Source of the DNA: a virus
Lineage: Duplodnaviria > Caudoviricetes
Length of the DNA stretch: 64,000 nt
Virus record (IMG/VR): IMGVR_UViG_3300011862_000001
Coordinates: 96,001-160,000 of that record
Direction: 5' to 3' (one strand)
Positions 19,340 to 28,936 of the stretch are shown here, piece after piece. Every line of letters starts with the position of its first letter. Within the stretch, counting starts at the first letter, position 1. Both the position numbers and the translations under genes were made by a program. The notes under the pieces were generated by a model that saw nothing but the letters and a program-made list of their open reading frames with translations, did no database searches and was not told where the DNA came from.

Positions 19340-20639
19340 GTTTATTCCCCCGGAACCAGCGACCCCGGTTCTCAACCAACCTCAGGATGGGGTGAAAGAA
19401 AAGACTAACATCGTCACCAACCCGGAACGGACCACGGTGGTCGATATGGAGCGGGTGCCTAAAACCCAGATGCTCCAGTTTGTTGAAGGGTCGTCCTGGA
19501 CTATTCTTAACTGGTACCGCTCGTTAAAAGGCAAGAACGACCCCAAACAGTTGTTCGACCCGAAAGTGGAAAACCCGACCCAACAGTTCGATTGTATCCA
19601 CAACCTTGAGCTGCGTGTCACCTCACCGCTTGAGCGTAGTCAGGATGGGGAAAACAAAACCTATACTCTGACGGGTTCGGCAACCGTGGTCAACTCGGTG
19701 CCGGTAAACGAAGCCGATTTATTCACCGCCACTATCGGCGATGGTCGTATCGGTCTTTTTACCGTGACCGCGTCGATGCGCCCGTCCAACAACAAAATCT
19801 CGACCTACCAGATAGAGTACGGGATGTTGTTTGAGCTCACCGAGTTCCACCAACGCATTCTGAACCAGTGTACGGTGCGTGAGTTCTACTACATCAAAGA
19901 GCGCGCCTACACCAACAGTGACACGCTGCTCAGTCCGAATGAGTATCGTCAGTTCCTGCAAGTCGGTGAGTATTTAAAAGCCATTGAAGAAACCTACGTC
20001 AAGCGCTTTTATAATGCCGATGCACAGACGCTGTTGTACCCCAACCAAACCTGGGGTTACGCCTACGATGTGTTCCTGGCGCTCTTCGTCCGTGACATTG
20101 GACTTAAGATGGTTGGCAAGGACATTCGTATCTATCCGCATCAGCGTACCAACGTCAAAGACGTGGAAACCCTGTTCTCGCTTATCATCAAACAAAGCGC
20201 GTTGTTCTTAAGTGATGCTAACCGGGTTAACCGGCCGTATCTCACCAGTTCGTTTCGCACGTTGCAAACCAGCAACAGTGTGGCCTGGTCGAAGATTGAG
20301 GTGACACGCTTCTTTGATGAAGACATGCCACAGGCACAGCGGGAAGGGAACTGGGAGCCGTTCACGGCGTTTGCCCCGACGCTTTATAAGCTTGCGGGCA
20401 GTGGCGATGAGCTGCCGTTGTTCAACCCGATAACCTATACCCCGTACGTGCTCTCTGAGGCGTTCTATAACGGCGGCTACACGTCGGTGTTGGAATACGC
20501 AGTGATGCTCTACCTTACCAATAAACCACTCTCCAGCGAGCTCGCAGTGGCCTTAGCGGCCGAGGTACACAAACTGCCTCGTGATAGCCAGTTCTACTAC
20601 GTGCCGTTGGTGTATGTGTTATTGAAGTATGCGAGGTAA
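19308..20639 (+). CDS. Putative virion structural protein (gp62-like)
   Basis: GAGGTG SD; synteny. Confidence 0.6.
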   Translation: MLQANGKGNTKFIPPEPATPVLNQPQDGVKEKTNIVTNPERTTVVDMERVPKTQMLQFVEGSSWTILNWYRSLKGKNDPKQLFDPKVENPTQQFDCIHNLELRVTSPLERSQDGENKTYTLTGSATVVNSVPVNEADLFTATIGDGRIGLFTVTASMRPSNNKISTYQIEYGMLFELTEFHQRILNQCTVREFYYIKERAYTNSDTLLSPNEYRQFLQVGEYLKAIEETYVKRFYNADAQTLLYPNQTWGYAYDVFLALFVRDIGLKMVGKDIRIYPHQRTNVKDVETLFSLIIKQSALFLSDANRVNRPYLTSSFRTLQTSNSVAWSKIEVTRFFDEDMPQAQREGNWEPFTAFAPTLYKLAGSGDELPLFNPITYTPYVLSEAFYNGGYTSVLEYAVMLYLTNKPLSSELAVALAAEVHKLPRDSQFYYVPLVYVLLKYAR

Positions 20640-20641
20640 GT

Positions 20642-21184
20642 ATGGCCGATAACAAAAGCGCAGCGTATTATCTCTTTCACGCCTGGGTCGGTTGGCGGAT
20701 TCCTGAGTATGCCACCATGACCCGCTTCGCCACCGAAGTCCACGGTGTGTTTTTGCCCGAAGACCGCAACAAGGCAAAGGCGCTGCTGTTGAACAAAAAG
20801 TTTGTCATGTACCGTCCGTTTGAAATCGCCGACTATGTCACCTCAGGTGGGGCGTTAGACATTAACGACCCTAACGATGCGATAAAGGTCTACGGCTGGA
20901 TTATGGAACACATGTCCAACTGGCTACACCATCTGGAAACCCCGCAGATGTTACCGAAGCCCACCCCGATGATAGGACTGCGTAAGTTCAACAACCTCGC
21001 TAACATGCTGTTCCCGGTTGCTAACCGCTACGGTTACTTTAAGAAGTCTGAGGTGACGATGTCTGGTGCGCTCCAGTCGTTGTTTACGCCTGACGTGCAA
21101 GTTGAGCAAGCCCGTCATCGGTTTAATGATACCATCATGCGCCGTATCGAAGCGGCACATCGTCGTGGCGGAGGTGTGCGATGA
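20642..21184 (+). CDS. Phage protein
   Basis: GAGGT SD; coupled. Confidence 0.65.
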   Translation: MADNKSAAYYLFHAWVGWRIPEYATMTRFATEVHGVFLPEDRNKAKALLLNKKFVMYRPFEIADYVTSGGALDINDPNDAIKVYGWIMEHMSNWLHHLETPQMLPKPTPMIGLRKFNNLANMLFPVANRYGYFKKSEVTMSGALQSLFTPDVQVEQARHRFNDTIMRRIEAAHRRGGGVR

Positions 21185-22488
21185 TTCCACGCTTTCAACA
21201 GCTGGTCAACGCCCATATCGCCCAAGCGGTCGGGATGCCTCCCTTGACGTACGATGCGGTGGTGACGGTAAAAGGGTTGCCGTTGACGATTATCAAAGTC
21301 CACTCGGTGATTCACAGTGAGGATTACCTCAACAACATCACCGGACTGTGTCATGTCACCGCGTTCATTCCACTCACCCAAATGCGTATCGCGACCTCCT
21401 CAGCCGATGGCGATTTGCGGGTGCAGTTGATTGTCCGTTATGGCAACGGCAAGCTGGCAGGGGTGATGTCGTATCGGGGGATTGTTATCAATAACCGTAA
21501 CCGCGATATGGAAGCCCCAACCGCCTTCCTCGGTGAGTCCGGCGATAAGTCACTCTCGATGGTGACCTTTGAGCTGATGGAAGAGAACGTGTGGTACCTG
21601 CGCACCCAAAACGTGCGGGTCAACTATCACGAGACCGACCCCCTTACCGTGGCGCGCAAAATCCTGGCGGATACTTGCACCACGTCGGGTTCAGAAGGGG
21701 CCGAGGCGTTATCGCTGGACTACGAGCAAGATGAGCAACAGATGTACAAGGATATTCTGCTGCCGGACTCAACCACCTTTCTCGGGGTGTTTGATAAACT
21801 GCAAAAGAACTACGGCATCTACAGCAAAGGACTTGGCGTCTACCACCATCAAAAGCGCTGGTATCTGTTTCAGCCGTTTGATTTGGAGAAGTTCAACAAC
21901 GCCAAAGAAAAGCTCGTCATCATGAACTTACCGCGTGAGATGTCAGCCCATCTCGACAAAACCATCCACCGCACGCCGGGCGTCACTTACCTGATTACCG
22001 GGGGTGACAGTCGTACCGTCGAGAACCGCGATGATAACGCCCTGAACCGTGGCACAGGCTATCGGGTAGGGTCGATACGTGCACTCGATAATCGCGCCTC
22101 CTCGTTTACGCCAGGCGGTGTGAGTATGACTACCCCGGATAAGTTCGTCTCCCAAGCGAACCCGGTCGAGTACGCGGGTAAGATTGTCAATGCGCCGGTG
22201 GCCAAAGAACACTTTACCGATAACGATAAACCCCTGCGCTCAAAGCTTGCGGGTACCCTCGGTACGGTGGCGAAGGTCACCTGGAACTTTTCCACCTACG
22301 GGTTAGTGAAACCGGGGATGGCGGTGAAGTACATGTACGCCAACGAGTTTGGTATTTACTCCAAGTACGGTACGGTCATCGGCGAAGTGTTTCACGCCAT
22401 GGTGGATGGCGGCGGATTAGCGTCTGGTCGCTACAACACCCAAACCGAATTGACATTGTGGTTGGGTGATCAAAAAATTACGGCATAA
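21181..22488 (+). CDS. Putative virion structural protein (gp64-like)
   Basis: GGAGGT SD, ATGA overlap; synteny. Confidence 0.55.
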   Translation: MIPRFQQLVNAHIAQAVGMPPLTYDAVVTVKGLPLTIIKVHSVIHSEDYLNNITGLCHVTAFIPLTQMRIATSSADGDLRVQLIVRYGNGKLAGVMSYRGIVINNRNRDMEAPTAFLGESGDKSLSMVTFELMEENVWYLRTQNVRVNYHETDPLTVARKILADTCTTSGSEGAEALSLDYEQDEQQMYKDILLPDSTTFLGVFDKLQKNYGIYSKGLGVYHHQKRWYLFQPFDLEKFNNAKEKLVIMNLPREMSAHLDKTIHRTPGVTYLITGGDSRTVENRDDNALNRGTGYRVGSIRALDNRASSFTPGGVSMTTPDKFVSQANPVEYAGKIVNAPVAKEHFTDNDKPLRSKLAGTLGTVAKVTWNFSTYGLVKPGMAVKYMYANEFGIYSKYGTVIGEVFHAMVDGGGLASGRYNTQTELTLWLGDQKITA

Positions 22489-22531
22489 TCTCTCTATATG
22501 TCAACCGTTAACCAAAAGGACATTTTGCAGA

Positions 22532-23329
22532 ATGAATACTATCTACTGCCTCCGTATGCCAGGTCAACTGATCCAGGCTATCGATGCTCACGAACAGGCC
22601 AACTTTTCCAAACCCTCTAAGCTGTTTGAGCGTATTGTCAAAACGCTTCCGGGTGTCGGTGAAGTGGAACTGCTGTACGTGATGGCAAGCAGTCAGGATA
22701 AAACCATCTCCATCATCCACCGTGTGGATGGCGTAGAAGCCTGTAAGTCACTGCCTATCCATGAACCGGGTACGCTTGGTAACTTACTGTTCCTGCACTG
22801 CATGACAACGCTGCCGGTTTGGATGGCGTTGAGTGGTCAAGTCGATTTTGATTACATTTATTTCTACGCGCAGAAGTTGGCCAATCAGATTGATGTTAAC
22901 GACATCACCACCCTGCCGCAGTACGTTCAACGTATCACGCCAGAAATGGTAGCACGTCAGGGCGACGATTGCGTATTCAACATGTTCCGCTTTGTCAGCG
23001 TCGGTGAATCCCGTGACCCGGAATACACCGTGGCAATGCGTGCCTGTGTACGCTACGTGGCACGTTCGGTTTCCAAAGAGCTGAACACCAACTTCAACGA
23101 AGTGTATCCGGTGCTGCAATTCGGCCCGTACATCACCTTCAACTCCTACGTCCCGCATTGGGCGCAGATTCTTGGCCCGGTAGATAACGAGAACATTCTG
23201 CCGATTGCTGAAGAGTTGGATCTGTATGCCAAAGACTCTGTTACTGTCGTTGGCCAAAACCGCGTAACCTACCACGCGCTGTACGGTCTGCAAGAAAAAC
23301 CGGCCATTCCGCTAATGACCACGCTGTAA
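22532..23329 (+). CDS. Hypothetical protein
   Basis: Start MNTIY after AAGGA; followed by terminator. Confidence 0.7.
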   Translation: MNTIYCLRMPGQLIQAIDAHEQANFSKPSKLFERIVKTLPGVGEVELLYVMASSQDKTISIIHRVDGVEACKSLPIHEPGTLGNLLFLHCMTTLPVWMALSGQVDFDYIYFYAQKLANQIDVNDITTLPQYVQRITPEMVARQGDDCVFNMFRFVSVGESRDPEYTVAMRACVRYVARSVSKELNTNFNEVYPVLQFGPYITFNSYVPHWAQILGPVDNENILPIAEELDLYAKDSVTVVGQNRVTYHALYGLQEKPAIPLMTTL

Positions 23330-23333
23330 CTGA

Positions 23334-23366
23334 ATACCTGATCTCTTCGGAGGTCAGGTATCCTTT
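23334..23366 (+). terminator. Intrinsic terminator
   Basis: ATACCTGATCTC-TTCG-GAGGTCAGGTAT. Confidence 0.75.
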
Positions 23367-23496
23367 AATTTAAATGGCCTATACGGCTTTGCGTAAGATG
23401 GACAGGTGATTTATCCTCTTAGTGGATAAAGCCGCTTAGAATGCGTTCTAGAGCGTTTTAAGGCTATATACGACGCAGATCGATTAAAAAAGATTT

Positions 23497-23519
23497 CAGA
23501 TATATATTACTTAGGTGAG
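23497..23519 (+). promoter_or_regulatory. Putative early promoter
   Basis: CAGATATATATTACTTAGGTGAG; contains the phiKZ early core TATATTAC. Confidence 0.8.
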
Positions 23520-23567
23520 AGTAAAGTATTAAACCCCTTTAAACATTGACCATCAAGGAATATTATC

Positions 23568-23843
23568 ATGGAAATTACTTCTAAATCTACTGCCTCTAAA
23601 TCCCAGAACAAAATCGCTGTTCAGGTTGACATGGTTATCGACAACATGCCGGTTAGCTTCGACATGAAGTTTATCGAAGACGAGAGCGGTGCACCGACTG
23701 CGGTTATGACCCTGACCCAACCGGGTGTGGATATTGCCGTCCACAGTCAAGTGGTGTGGGATTATCCTGCTGCCCTGAACATGATGGTACGTGTGTACAA
23801 ATCAGGCGAAGCCCTGGTTCACAACATCCACCACGCATTCTAA
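23568..23843 (+). CDS. Hypothetical early protein
   Basis: GACCATCAAGGA leader; first gene after the early promoter. Confidence 0.8.
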   Translation: MEITSKSTASKSQNKIAVQVDMVIDNMPVSFDMKFIEDESGAPTAVMTLTQPGVDIAVHSQVVWDYPAALNMMVRVYKSGEALVHNIHHAF

Positions 23844-23868
23844 TCGTCTAGCCTTACGGAGAGCTACC

Positions 23869-24243
23869 ATGAATACTGAACAACGTGAACGTCTGACTAT
23901 CCTGCGTGCTAATCAAGCAGCACGTCGTGCAGCAATTCTGGCTGCTAACCAACCGCCTGAACCGGTTCGCATGACCGACGAACAGCGGGTACGTTTAGAA
24001 GAGCTGCGTGCGATTCGTGCCGAGCGTCAAAAGGCTACCCCGGCTGTGGTGTGCGAACCACCACGTAAGCCTGTGGCACCGGTGCGTATCACAGCCGAAC
24101 AACGCCAGCGGTTAGAAGAACTGCGCGCTGCCCGTGCTGCTCGTGAACAAGATATTGAAGCCGAGATTCTCAATGGCCCAGAGCTCATTGCAGAATTGAC
24201 GAGCCTGGTATTAAACACCCGCGAATTACTGCGTAACAACTAA
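23869..24243 (+). CDS. Early protein with three internal helical repeats
   Basis: GGAG SD; T.EQR.RL..LRA repeated three times. Confidence 0.75.
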   Translation: MNTEQRERLTILRANQAARRAAILAANQPPEPVRMTDEQRVRLEELRAIRAERQKATPAVVCEPPRKPVAPVRITAEQRQRLEELRAARAAREQDIEAEILNGPELIAELTSLVLNTRELLRNN

Positions 24244-24281
24244 TCCACCCTTTTACTTAATTGACTATCAAGGAATACATC

Positions 24282-24833
24282 ATGAAAATCATCAACAAAA
24301 ACACCAACGTTATCACCGGCAACCTGGTAAAAACTATCCAGCCGAAATACTCTGCCTTCGTTGTGCAGGTGTACGATAACGTCATCACCATCCTTTATGG
24401 TGACGAACTGATTGCGTATCAGAACATCGACCACGATGCTCAAGACCGCGAGATTGAACTGGTGCAAGCCATGGATAGCGCCTACCGTAAAGCGGCACTG
24501 TTCCTGACCCTGAATAACCCGTTCTGTCTGAGCGCGCTGTATCGCCATATCGTGCGTCACTACACCGCCGACTCGGTTAAGCCGACCGTGTGGCCAAGCG
24601 ACAAGCATTACCTGCGTGGCATTATTAACATGACCACCCGGGCGAACGATATCGCACTGCCGGCTATCAGTGAAACCGAACTTGCCGATAGCACAGAGAA
24701 AGAATTCACCCTGTGCATCAGCCGCGACGGTCGCCTGTATACCCCAGACGGCACCAGCTTCCAGATTGAACTGGCGAATATCCTGACCAACCTCACAGTG
24801 GTAGGTCGTCCGGAATTAACGCCAAACTACTAA
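24282..24833 (+). CDS. Hypothetical early protein, paralog A1
   Basis: GACTATCAAGGA leader; clear similarity to 25181-25741. Confidence 0.8.
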   Translation: MKIINKNTNVITGNLVKTIQPKYSAFVVQVYDNVITILYGDELIAYQNIDHDAQDREIELVQAMDSAYRKAALFLTLNNPFCLSALYRHIVRHYTADSVKPTVWPSDKHYLRGIINMTTRANDIALPAISETELADSTEKEFTLCISRDGRLYTPDGTSFQIELANILTNLTVVGRPELTPNY

Positions 24834-24883
24834 TCGTAATCGGGGGGTCTAGCGCCCCCCATCGACTATCAAGGAATATTATC

Positions 24884-25138
24884 ATGGCCCTGACGCTGAC
24901 TGCTCGTACCACTGCTAACCTGTCTCGTATCGCTGAAAACTGCGAATCCGTTTCCCGTGCCTGTGCCGCAATGATGAGCACCTCGAAAAAGAGCACGCTG
25001 CTTAGCGAAGAACAAATGACGAAAATCGAAGCCACGAATGCGCTGTTCGAACAGTACGTGGCGGCGAACAAAGCCGGTGACTATGCCCTGGCACAACGCC
25101 TGTCCATCCGCTGGATGGCAGCAACCGCTGCACTGTAA
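24884..25138 (+). CDS. Hypothetical early protein
   Basis: GACTATCAAGGA leader. Confidence 0.8.
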   Translation: MALTLTARTTANLSRIAENCESVSRACAAMMSTSKKSTLLSEEQMTKIEATNALFEQYVAANKAGDYALAQRLSIRWMAATAAL

Positions 25139-25180
25139 GACAACCCCCTTTCCCCCAAAAAGACTATCAAGGAACGCATC

Positions 25181-25741
25181 ATGAAAACTATCGAAACCAA
25201 AGCAATCAACTTCCGTGGCGATATCGTAGAAATCATCATCCCGAAATTCTCATCGTTCGTTGTAACGGTTAAAGAAGGTGGCGTCTCGATTAACTTCGCC
25301 GGTACCATCATTGGCCAGAAGCACATCAATACCGTGGGTCATGACGAAGACTTCGCCCGTCAGGTCGCGCTCGATACCGCGTATCGTGAAGCCATGGTGT
25401 GGTTGCTCATCAATGAGCGTTTCACGGTGCAAGCACTGTACCGTCATCTGGTACGCGCCACTTCCGACGGTCTGGTTGAGCCAGAAATGATTAACAGTGT
25501 CGCTGACCATGTGACCGGTATCATGAAGCTCACCAGCAAAGCCAACGACGTGACCATGCGTCTGCTGAGTGAAGTCGAACTCAACGATGCCACCGAAAAA
25601 GAATTCACCCTGTGCTTAACCCACGGCGGTGAAATCTTCACGCACGACGGCACCAGCTTCCAGATTGAAATGTTAAACGTATTGACAGGTTTGCCGGTAC
25701 TGGGTCGCCCAGAACTGAGCGACGTTGCCACCACCCACTAA
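25181..25741 (+). CDS. Hypothetical early protein, paralog A2
   Basis: Shares EKEFTLC...DGTSFQIE...GRPEL with A1. Confidence 0.8.
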   Translation: MKTIETKAINFRGDIVEIIIPKFSSFVVTVKEGGVSINFAGTIIGQKHINTVGHDEDFARQVALDTAYREAMVWLLINERFTVQALYRHLVRATSDGLVEPEMINSVADHVTGIMKLTSKANDVTMRLLSEVELNDATEKEFTLCLTHGGEIFTHDGTSFQIEMLNVLTGLPVLGRPELSDVATTH

Positions 25742-25789
25742 TAAAAACTCGGGGGGCAACCGCCCCCATCGACTTTCAAGGACTATCTC

Positions 25790-25930
25790 ATGACTTCTGC
25801 ACACAAACGTTCTATCAAAGCAATCATCATCTTCGTGGTACTGGCTTGTGGTTTCATCACCATGTCTCAGGACTACAACACCTGCCGGAACAACGGCAAC
25901 TCTGTGGCTATGTGCACAGGACGCAGCTAA
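25790..25930 (+). CDS. 46-aa membrane/lipoprotein-like protein (absent from the ORF track)
   Basis: GACTTTCAAGGA leader; MTSAHKRSIKAIIIFVVLACGFITMSQDYNTCRNNGNSVAMCTGRS; TAATG coupling to next gene. Confidence 0.75.
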   Translation: MTSAHKRSIKAIIIFVVLACGFITMSQDYNTCRNNGNSVAMCTGRS

Positions 25931-26115
25931 TGACATTCACCGACCAACAGTTTTCCGAGTTCTTAAACAACCCACGCCAGAAACGCGAATGGGACAACTT
26001 CTCAAACGGCGTGAAACACCGTCTCCAGCCGGACGACGTCGTGGTTCATGTGACCGCCCAGGTTACGTTGCTTGATGTGGATACCGCATCACTTCAAACC
26101 TGCGACCTTTATTAA
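25930..26115 (+). CDS. Hypothetical protein (61 aa)
   Basis: Start MTFTD coupled by TAATG, AGGA SD. Confidence 0.65.
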   Translation: MTFTDQQFSEFLNNPRQKREWDNFSNGVKHRLQPDDVVVHVTAQVTLLDVDTASLQTCDLY

Positions 26116-26120
26116 ACCGT

Positions 26121-26146
26121 GCCACCTTCGGGTGGCTTTATTTTTT
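26121..26146 (+). terminator. Intrinsic terminator
   Basis: GCCACC-TTCG-GGTGGC plus T-tract. Confidence 0.85.
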
Positions 26147-26167
26147 GTAACCCTCAAGGATCAAATT

Positions 26168-26875
26168 ATGTTAACCTTAGCCCACTTCAACCTGCGCACC
26201 GTGTTTCCTCGCTTAAACGGCAAGTACGAGACCGTGTTGCAATCGGAACACTTTCACCTTCAACGGGTTGAAAACGAACACAACGTCTACTTTCTTATCT
26301 CTGATAACGAAGGCAATTCCTTAGGCGGGGGTTGTGTGGAAAAACGTGAAGGCGATGAGCGCATTCGTGGGTCAGCCTACACCACCATGGGCCGGGCGAT
26401 GTCTACCGTTCTCGTTACCCTGCCCGATGTCGAAACCCGCCTGGCACGCCTTGCTGAACTGGTGGAGATGGTCAAACAACTCACCGGACTTGCGGATTAT
26501 AGCGACCTGCGTATTGCCGCCCGTGTCGACGGTGAAGGCCAGGTTAAACTGGAGATGGGCAAGCTCTCGGGTAACGACACGATAGCCGCCGCCTCTGAAC
26601 TCTGGCACGTCTATCCAACCTTTAGCGAGATTACCGTCAAAAGCAAATACGAAGACATCCAGCTCGAGCTAATGGCCTTCTGGGGCATTGAGAAAATCCA
26701 AGCTACCGTTACCCTTAACCGTGGCGATTATGTCTTGTCACGCAAATGCAAGGTCGGCTTTGCCGCCGACTACACCGCTGAAATCGATGCGGCACTCACG
26801 GAGTTCGCAGCCGTCGTTGAGCGCATTCCCCATCCCCCGATTCCTGAGGAAAACCAAAATGAAACTATGGAATAA
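26168..26875 (+). CDS. Hypothetical protein
   Basis: Start MLTLA after CAAGGA. Confidence 0.75.
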   Translation: MLTLAHFNLRTVFPRLNGKYETVLQSEHFHLQRVENEHNVYFLISDNEGNSLGGGCVEKREGDERIRGSAYTTMGRAMSTVLVTLPDVETRLARLAELVEMVKQLTGLADYSDLRIAARVDGEGQVKLEMGKLSGNDTIAAASELWHVYPTFSEITVKSKYEDIQLELMAFWGIEKIQATVTLNRGDYVLSRKCKVGFAADYTAEIDAALTEFAAVVERIPHPPIPEENQNETME

Positions 26876-27242
26876 GGTACGCCGGGCGTTTATCACGCTC
26901 CAGCTCTTAAGCCAGTACCGACTCGCCCAAGTCAAAGACCTGGTGCTGGGGCCGAAACAAAACCATTTGATTGAACCGTGCACCGCGTGGATGCAGATAA
27001 CCGACCATCATAACCGTATCGTGGTCTATCGCATGGTCTACTACTGGCACGGTCGTCGTTTCTCACCGATGCGGAGGATGTTCGGCAAAGGGGTGGAGAT
27101 TGACGGCAAAGGTATTGTGCCGTTCAACACCATCGAATCCTACCTCAACACCTTCCAACACTTAGACGTGATGTACTCGCAGACCTTGCGAATGCTTGAG
27201 GTCTCGGTAAATAAGATGGTGGTCGGTAGCATGCAAGCTTAA
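26859..27242 (+). CDS. Hypothetical protein
   Basis: Start MKLWN after GAGGA. Confidence 0.65.
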   Translation: MKLWNKVRRAFITLQLLSQYRLAQVKDLVLGPKQNHLIEPCTAWMQITDHHNRIVVYRMVYYWHGRRFSPMRRMFGKGVEIDGKGIVPFNTIESYLNTFQHLDVMYSQTLRMLEVSVNKMVVGSMQA

Positions 27243-27303
27243 AAAAATAAGCTGGACTCGTACCCCGAAAAGGGTACGAGTTTCGTCACTTTATTTTTTT
27301 TTT
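27241..27303. terminator. Bidirectional terminator
   Basis: ACTCGTACCC...GGGTACGAGT with A/T tracts between convergent genes. Confidence 0.75.
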
Positions 27304-27357
27304 GTGCCAGGACACATAAGCTCCCCTGTGCCGACCCGAAGGTCGGCAGATGGCTCT

Positions 27358-28923
27358 CTAGCCAAACAGGTCATCACCCATGCCACCGGTAAAGTGGTTA
27401 ATAGACGAAGCAGTAACGGTCATCTCTTTATCGCAATCCCAAGGCAAAATGCCCACATCAGCAAATGGAATAACAGTATAGTGGTGTTTCTCGTTCGTAT
27501 CGATAATGGTACGGTGCTTCCCGCGTTGCACTTCTAAGAAGCTGTGACCGGAGACCACACGCTTGTTGAAATACATTTCGCCGTCGGCCTCGTTATCGAG
27601 ACTGGTACAGTTGTCGTACAAACCACGACCGGGTAAGTTCTTACAAAAGCCAACCGGGTCAGCAGCCTTCTGACGTTTCCCTTCTGGAGAGATTTGGTGC
27701 GGTGCTATCAAAAACCCGTGGTTACGCACAACCTGGATGTTACGCGCCATACGGTAGATTTCTTTGATGTCACTACCGGCAATGCCATTACCGTGACCCG
27801 CTTTGTTGATGGTACCGAGGTAATCTGCTCGGATACCGACCACATGAAAGCCGTCACGTTTGTATTCACTAATCAAGTCGTTCATGTAGTGCACACGGAA
27901 GTCACTGTTGGTGTGTTTCTCAAACGAGTATTCCCAACCGTTAGAACGAATCTTGTTAATCAGGTAATCAGCCATCTGGCGAACGTGTTTCGTTTTCTCT
28001 TCTTCAGAGGCATCGTCTGAAATGGTGAGTGTCGGGGCGTGACCTTCGAAGTGGCCGTAGATGGCCTGGTACGCGTACGCGATATTCACATCCAGTTCGT
28101 TCTCCAAACTGAGGTCGAGAATCAGCGGGGCCAAATCACCCTTAATGTCCGCCATCACTTTCTCAGGTGAGTTAAACAATGGAATCGAAATGGTCATCAA
28201 CAAACTGAACAGCGACTTACAGTTAAACGGGAGAGCAGGCATCAGCCACAGCTCTTCGGTAATCCCGTTGTTACAACCGAGCATTTGGTTAATCGCTTTC
28301 CAACCTACCCGCAATCCGTTACCGGCTGCTTTCTTGTTGATATTATTGAAGACCCGTACAAACGGAGCACTGTCGGTGGTGATAAGCTTGTCTACTTGCG
28401 AAGGAATCTTATTATGAGAGCGTTCGCCGTAGGAGGTTAACGATCCTTTGAGTTCGTCAATCGCCGTTTGCAAGTCAACCCGGGACTCGGTACCGTTGAG
28501 GACACCCAGAGTGCGACCCAGTTTTTGTCTCAGCTGCACGCCTTGCAGGCCTTGGCGCATCTGAAAGTAATACTGCTGTTGTTGCTTCGCGAAGAATTCT
28601 TGCAGCTTGTCTTCTTCGGTTGGGATATCGTCCTCAAGAAATTTCTGTATTGTATCGTATAGAGGGCGAGTTTGCGTCGTGGCCAGTTTCAAACGCTTCA
28701 TGACGCTGGCGTGGTCGTATGTCATGCCACCGTCAATGATTAATGTAATAATGTCCTTGATCTCAGCTAACGCCGAGCGCTCATCGCTGTCGTCGATAAA
28801 CTCCGGCAGCTTCGTCTCGAGTAAAACTTTTCTTATGACTTCGTGATCCTTTTGAGGGTCGGTCAGAAAGCTTTCTGCGTAGAGGGTGGCCAAGGCTGTT
28901 ATCAACATCATTTTACTATTCAT
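27358..28923 (-). CDS. dnaB: DnaB-like replicative helicase
   Basis: GW..IN.MLG, Walker-A-like ALPFNCKS, LSLEN, ADYL, HQIS, RGKHR; position next to capsid gene as in phiKZ-like phages. Confidence 0.8.
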   Translation of the reverse strand: MNSKMMLITALATLYAESFLTDPQKDHEVIRKVLLETKLPEFIDDSDERSALAEIKDIITLIIDGGMTYDHASVMKRLKLATTQTRPLYDTIQKFLEDDIPTEEDKLQEFFAKQQQQYYFQMRQGLQGVQLRQKLGRTLGVLNGTESRVDLQTAIDELKGSLTSYGERSHNKIPSQVDKLITTDSAPFVRVFNNINKKAAGNGLRVGWKAINQMLGCNNGITEELWLMPALPFNCKSLFSLLMTISIPLFNSPEKVMADIKGDLAPLILDLSLENELDVNIAYAYQAIYGHFEGHAPTLTISDDASEEEKTKHVRQMADYLINKIRSNGWEYSFEKHTNSDFRVHYMNDLISEYKRDGFHVVGIRADYLGTINKAGHGNGIAGSDIKEIYRMARNIQVVRNHGFLIAPHQISPEGKRQKAADPVGFCKNLPGRGLYDNCTSLDNEADGEMYFNKRVVSGHSFLEVQRGKHRTIIDTNEKHHYTVIPFADVGILPWDCDKEMTVTASSINHFTGGMGDDLFG

Positions 28924-28936
28924 GGAGCATCCTTCA

